This document shows, one piece after another, positions 56,813 to 64,000 of a stretch of DNA of 64,000 bases. The translations under genes and the position numbers were made by a program. Origin of the DNA: Blastocystis sp. Blastoise. Lineage: Eukaryota; Protista; Bigyra: Opalinata. The notes beneath the pieces were generated by a model. That model ran no database searches, was not told the origin of the DNA, and saw only the letters and a program-made list of their open reading frames with translations. The stretch spans positions 806,001-870,000 of the forward strand of contig JBBPEB010000005.1 in assembly GCA_039096225.1 (NCBI GenBank), given 5' to 3'. Position 1 is the stretch's first letter. Every line of letters begins with the position of its first letter.

Positions 56813-58381
56813 ATAAGGAAAGAATTATAAAGATAGAAGAAAAAAAACATAATAAACATAAACATAATGATAATAATAATAATAATATATAAATACAGTA
56901 AGAGCTGTATTAACAAGTCTTTTTAATCGGTCAATAACTCCTGCTTCTCTAGTTCTTCTTTGGAATTCATTTAAATATAATGTATTTGAATAATCATAAT
57001 CATTATGTAAACATTCTACATTAATTACAGCACGATCCACACCTATATAATAAGTATAAGTATATATAAATATAATATTAAATAAATATAATAAATATAA
57101 TAATAAATATAATAATAAATAGAATAATAAATAGAATAATAAATAGAATAATAAAAAGAATAATAAATAGAATAATAAATAGAATAATAAACATATAATA
57201 AATAGAATAATAAACATATAATAAACATATAATAAACATTAATATATACCTTGAGGAGAAAGGAATAATTTAGCTTTTGTAGCAGCAGCCATGAGACGAG
57301 CATTCGATCGAACATGACCACGTGGATCCGATTTATGTTTCTTCATAAAATCTTCAGCAATAAAACTAGCTATAATTCGATCTAAAGTAACTGAACCCAA
57401 GGTAGGGTCACAACAACATGATAATATCTTTACTACTCCCTGTAAAATATATATATATAAAGAATAATATAAGATTAAAAAAAAAAAAACATAATCATAA
57501 TACAATAAACACAATAAACATAATAATATCAATAATATTATAATCATAAAATAATAAACACAATGAATATAATAATAACTATATACAGCTAAGAAGCAGA
57601 CAACAGAAACAGTGGACATACTATATCCCATATCTACAAACATAACATAACGAGGTTTTTCTTTATCGAATTCTCCTTTTAAATTACGAAATAAACCATA
57701 TTCTATTGCAGTAGCACTATTTTCATTAATTAATCCCTCACAGCGAATACCTCCAATTGTACAAGAATCGAGTAAGGATTGTCTTTGGCGCTCATTCCAA
57801 AAGGCGGGAACCTAAGGTTTTCAACAAAAATAATAAATATAATTTATATTCAATAGAATAATCATATGAATTCATTATAAACATACAGATATAACTACAG
57901 ATGGATCATTATTTGTTTTCTCATCTTTCTTCACAAGATCACAACAATGCTTCAAAATAATAGCCATAATCTGTTCTGGTGAGAAAATCTCATTTTTACC
58001 ACCATATTCAATTTCAATACCCACTTCATCATTTTCTAATTGAACTATTTTAAATGGAACAAGTTTCATTTCTTCTTGAATGATAGGATCACTAAATTTA
58101 CGACCAAGAATCTTCTTTAAGGCACTAACAGTGTTTTTACCATTTGTTTGAACCTATATTAAATACCTTATTATATAATATCTCTAAAGAAATACAAGTG
58201 GCTCAGCATGTTCACCTACAAAACGTTCTAAACCTTGAAAAGAAACGAGAGAAGAAGTTCGACGTTTACTTGTATCATTAAGTAGAATATCTACACCAAG
58301 TTTTTTATTGTCATCATTCACACCAGTGACATGACCAATAACACATGCATCACTTCCAAAATCGATACCTACGACAGACAT
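54874..58381 (-). CDS. HSP110/Sse1-type HSP70 family chaperone
   Basis: MSVVGIDFG, RRTSSLVSF, VISVPAFW, FVDMGYS, VEIVGGGMRVPQLK, STTLNMDECICKG, KNEMESYIYKMR, EDWLYSEE; about 12 exons. Confidence 0.92.
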
Positions 58382-58889
58382 GATTTTACTTTTATAGAAT
58401 CTATTTTAAATAACAAAGAGAAACTTTTGTTCATTTTTTTTTTTGTTCTTTTTGGAAATCTTAAGAATAAACAGAAATCCTCACAAAATCCCATGGGAAA
58501 ATAAGTTTTTTCTTTTTTATGAATCATTCATTTTTTTTTGTAAGAGTATATACATATAAGACATCTGGACACAACGAAACTGACGACAAAGAATGAATAA
58601 AGAAAATAAATACAATTATATTTTATTCATTGTCACTTTTTTTCATGTAAAAATTATTTTAACCTCTTTCTTAACTTCATTAGGATTCAATTTAGCAGTC
58701 AACATACTTGCCTTATGAATCTATTTATTTTAACATAAAAAATACAACTTTTAATAAAAAATTATTTACTGTTTTTTATCCGTGGTTTTTTAGGAAATTC
58801 TCTAGTATTTTTTGATAGAAAGACTAGCTTTATGTTATTTTCTTTTTCATTTATAGAATCGAAAGTTTATTACTTTTTATTTATATACA

Positions 58890-61800
58890 ATGGAAAAACC
58901 TGATCAATGTCCAGAGGATATTATCAATGCTGTATATATAGAGTTTATAAAATGTTTTTATATCATATCTAGTTGAGAGTATATTTATCCTCAAAAGTTA
59001 TCCCTGGTATGCCATCAAAAGAACTTCTAGACTCTTATTTGTCAACTTACGAATCAAAGAAAGTCAATTTACACAACACTATTGTATTTATTTTGTTCTT
59101 TTTAAAAATATCTTTTTAATTTTATATTATTTATTTTTTATCTATTATTTAGACATCGAATCACGATGTTATTGAAGCCAATCTTGAAAAATTGAAGAGA
59201 TTTAATAATCCTGCATATACTCCAAGTCAACTTTATATTCCAAGACATTTATATGAAACTACACAGAATTATTTAAAATCAAATTATCCAATTCTTGCTA
59301 AATTCTACGATTCTTCAAAAGATTATTTTGAGTATATTTATATATATATTTTTTTCTTCTTTTTCTTTTTTTAATATATTTATATATTATATAGAATTAT
59401 TGATGATGAAGAAGATAATGATATTACTTCTTTTACATATCCTTCACTTGTTTTTTCAGATGCTTGTGCCTGTGCAAATTCTCCTTTTACTGTTTTATAT
59501 TTTATATTTTTATTTATAGCTAATTATTCTGAACAAAAAGATTTATTCATTGATGATAGTATATACTATATTATTTTATATTATATATATATATATATTA
59601 TTTATAGGTATACCTTTTGGTTATACACAAAATGAACTCTATAAGAATATTAGTATACCTCCTTCTCATCCTCTCTCTTGTATATTCAAAAATCATTCTT
59701 TTTTATCTTCTCCTACTTATAATCCTCCTTCTCCTGATTATAATCCTCCTTCTCCTGATTATAATCCTCCTTCTCCTGATTATAATCCTCCTTCTCCTGA
59801 TTATAATCCTACTCCTCCTACTTATTCTCTTGCTTCTTCTGTTGATTCTGATTATTCTTCAGATTCTATTCCTACTAATGATATTAATATTATAAATGTT
59901 AATACTACTAATACTACTAATACTAATACTGATGCTAATAATAATAATGATACTACGAATAATATTAATACTAATATTAATACTAATATTAATATTAGTA
60001 TTAATAGTAATATTAATATTACTTCTGATACTTCTGATACTTCTCTATATTCATGGGAGGGAGTTCTTGTTAATACTTTATGCTCTCTAGCTGGGTAATC
60101 ATTATATACTATACTATTATATACTCTATTGTTATATACTATACTATTATATATTATTATACTATTATATATTATATTATACTAATCTCTGTTATACTCA
60201 CTCTTTATTTACAAATCTACTATTCTATTTCTTTTTTTATTTTCATTCTCAAAAATATTTTTTTCTATTTCATATATCTCCTAGAACTGTATACTTATAT
60301 ATAACTTCCAAAGACATACCTTCATTCCCCGTGGAAATCCTTCCTAAATCTTGTTTATCTCCTCATCCTATCGTCTTATACTCTCTTTATTGCCTTCTTG
60401 ATATTGTATATATATATATTCTATATATTACTATTTATAGTTAAAATAAAAACAAGTTATTTTTTCATTTTCTTTTAAATATATATATATTTATTATTAT
60501 TTTATTTTCAACATATAATTCTATATATAATACTATATATTACTATGTATATAACTCTATAAATAACTCCCTATATATATCTAGTTTCATAACTACATAT
60601 TATCTTCTCCTTCTTGTATTTCCTTCTATCATTGCTTCCTTTCCACTCTTACTATTCTAGAAGGAAATCTATCTCTTATCTCTATATATGATATTGATGT
60701 TAATACCATGGGACTTTCAAATGAAAAATGTAATTACCAAAACTTACTTCTATCAAATGTATACATATATATATTTATAATATAAAATTATTTTAATTTT
60801 ATATATATATTCAATATTTATTATTATATAGTAAATAAATCAATTTATTATTCTAAAAAAAAATTTATTATATATTTATATATATAGTTACCTCCTTGTT
60901 GTTTCTTAGATCAATTATCATCCTCTCTATCTAATTATCTCTATGGTTCTTTCTTTCCTTCTCTTACTATTCCTAGTGATAATCACATGATTCGTACAGT
61001 AATTCAATGTATTCATTTACATCTACTTTCTGTATGGTCTTCTTTATTTCCTATTTATTTCTATAAACGAAACTCACTCTCTACAGCTATTGCTCTACTT
61101 GATAAAGAAGTATATATATATATATATTATTATTATTATTATTTATATATTATTATCTATTTACTATATTATATTATTCTATATTTATTATTATATATTA
61201 TTATTATTTATATATTATTAACCATATATTATTATTATTTAAATATTATTATCTCTTTATATATTTTTAACCCTATATTAATATTATTATATTTATTCTA
61301 TGAGTATTTTCTAGACATCTATTTTATCTTCTCCTTCATCAAACTTTTCCACTTGGTATAGTTCGTTTATAGATATTTTATGTGATTATATATTACAGAA
61401 TTGGAATGAAAATAAACAAGAATATGAAGTTACTAATAAATCTAAAGAGTTATTCTTACAATATTGGAAAACAAAAACACAATATGTATATAATATTATG
61501 ATTGTTAGTATTATATTTATAAATATTATGATTATTATTATCATTATTATTTATATTAAACTCACTTATTGTTCAAATTGCAATTTTTAAAAATTCTATT
61601 TATATATATAGTACATTGATAATGTGATTCCATTCTCTTCCTCATTATATAATAATCTTCTTCATTCTCTTCAATTCTCTTCTTCTTCTTCTTCTTATAT
61701 ATCTACTCCACTAAGTAGAAAGAGATGCAGACAAGATTCTATACATTATGTATATAGTATTAAAAGACAGAAAGATAATTATAATAATGTATTTTTTTAT

Positions 61801-62869
61801 TATTTTATATATTCTATTCTTATGAATAATAGTTATAATAGTTTTATATATATGTATATATATAGATGAAAAGTGCTGACTCATTTTCTGTCACGGTAGA
61901 TACATCTGATAATCACATGCCTGCCACGTGCCCTGAAGTGGATGATAGTGATATTGTTAAAATACGATTACTTCGTCATCTTCATGTATATTCGAATAAT
62001 ATTCTATTCATTTATATTATATATATATATATATATTATATTATATTTGCTTATTTATATTATTCTCTATATCATTATATATTATTATTATTATTATATA
62101 TATATATAGACATGTATAACAGATTTATATTATTCATTCGGAGATATATCAAGTAATCATAAGTCTGTTAGTTTCCATCCCTCTATGCCGAATATAGCGG
62201 TAAATGGCGATACAATAACGAAAACCAAAGAAGTAGCCAGTGCTTCTACTTATAGAAAAGAAGTATTTATATATTTATATATTTATTATTATTATATAAT
62301 TATATATTTATTATTATTATATAATTATATATTTATTATTATTCTATAATAATTATTATATATATAGCCATTATCGCCAAGTCACGGTTTATATCACTTT
62401 ATACTCGAAGGTTCTTCTATTTCAAGACCTAAAATAATCGTGGGAATCTCAAGTTCTTGTTCTCGTAATATATGTTTTGTTGGTGGAACTGAAAATAGTT
62501 GGGGTATTAATCTATATACACAGAATATATGGAAAACTGGATCAAAATATATTAAGAATAATCGATTTAATACTGCAACTATTACCAGAGAAACACATAT
62601 ATATATAGATGCATCACAAGGTCTTTTGTGGATCACGGATTCCCGCGGGGAAATATTCAATATTATGAAATATCCATGTTCTTTAAATGAACAATATTTC
62701 GCTATAACTCTATTTGAAAACTATAATTTCGATATATATGAAGACCTTCCTTCAACTAGTTATGATATTAAAGCTATTTTTATAAAATCAACTGATGAAT
62801 ATTTCTCGAACTGTCTTCATTTATATGAATCAAAGAATATGATTATTGCTGATTCTTCTTCTACTACTG

Positions 62870-62907
<38 letters not shown>

Positions 62908-64000
62908 ATTACTACTGTTTTAGAACAAGATATATTTTATCATTATATTCTTATTCATTTATTATTATCTATATGTTCTGTTACTATGTGTCTTTCTTCT
63001 TCTCTTTCTCTTCTTCCTTCTATTATGTCACTTCTAAAGAAATGGAATCAACTCTTCTATCAAAATAATCAAGGAGAACAAAATGAAATCAATCGTATAT
63101 ATATTATTATTATTATTACTTTATAATCATATATATACAATTTTTTTTATTATTTACTTTTATTGAATGTATTTATTGATCTATTCTATCTATTTATTTT
63201 ATATTTATTATTTATTTTATATTTATTATATATTTTATATTTATTATTTATTTTATATTTATTATATATTTTATATTTATTATTTATATACTATTAAATG
63301 TATATTATTCATATACTACTACTATATATATATGTAGTATGTTCTTTTTCTTCTCTTCCCGATACCTGTCGACTTACTATACAATACTTACCCATGATGA
63401 AGAAAAACCACGGGGATATCAATGTTCTACAATATATGCTTACCATAAAGGATAATCATATATATTCACAGAATGCACAATATATTGAAGTATATAATTA
63501 TATTTTATATTATAATATTTTATATAAATATATATTTATTACTATATATCTTCTATAAATATATATATAGTCAAAGATTAATTTAAATAAAGCCAATCTT
63601 TACTTACAAATTCAATTAAATAACCACGAATATTATATATTATTTTCTCCTTTATTTTCTGGTGAATATATTGGATATGTATCTATTGATAATTCTTGGG
63701 ATTCCTTCATTCCCATGGGAATTGCTATTCTTGAGCCTGAAAATGCTATGATTCCCAAGAATCCATTTACATATGATAGAGAAATAGGTCCTTATTTATT
63801 AACTACTATGCTTTCTCTTTGTACTCAAACTATTATTCATAATTCAAATAGTATATATATTATATATTATATATTATATATTATTTATTATATGTTATAT
63901 ATTATATATTATTTATTATATATTATATATTATATATTATATATTATATATTATATATTATATTATATATTATTAAAATTATTTATTTGCTATTTACTTT
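58890..64000 (+). CDS. Large protein (runs off right edge) with CTD-like heptads and a probable SPRY/B30.2 domain
   Basis: At least 13 exons splice in frame; (YNPPSPD)x4; GLYHFILEG...IIVGIS...VGGTENSWG resembles SPRY. Confidence 0.7.
59718..59822 (+). repeat. Coding 21-nt tandem repeat (YNPPSPD heptads)
   Basis: TATAATCCTCCTTCTCCTGAT x4 perfect plus one degenerate copy. Confidence 0.95.

Noticed and set aside
59437-59519. ATATCCTTC as a fourth U12 donor
   Set aside because: The frame is open through it and there is no properly spaced branch plus AC. A short GT-AG intron ending at 59519, or no intron, fits equally well; unresolved without RNA.

Overview
Extremely AT-rich, intron-dense eukaryotic DNA. 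It is probably from a Blastocystis-like stramenopile gut protist; this is inferred from short introns, AT-AC introns and Ig/discoidin surface proteins, and is not proven. I spliced 18 protein genes by hand (about 150-160 introns, mostly GTATAT...ATATAG, often stuffed with (TA)n/(TAT)n). They are a Cys-module secreted protein, a GT77-type glycosyltransferase, EEFSEC, ZNRD2/SSSCA1, two large Ig/discoidin type-I membrane proteins, SMC1, UPF2, an SSUH2-like protein, uL11m, FAM32A, a SNF5-PHD-bromodomain fusion, PPIH, RPL36, HSP110, a SPRY-like protein with Pol II CTD-like heptads and two orphans, plus tRNA-Gly(GCC). Most short ORFs in the track are microsatellite artefacts. The most striking unexplained signal is a GC-rich palindrome, TTCCC-RY-GGGAA (core CCCGCGGG), repeatedly embedded inside coding exons in all three reading frames and in promoters. 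There are also three phase-0 U12 AT-AC introns, a GA-AG intron, an RPL36 intron with no usable AG acceptor, and self-complementary (TA)n intron ends.
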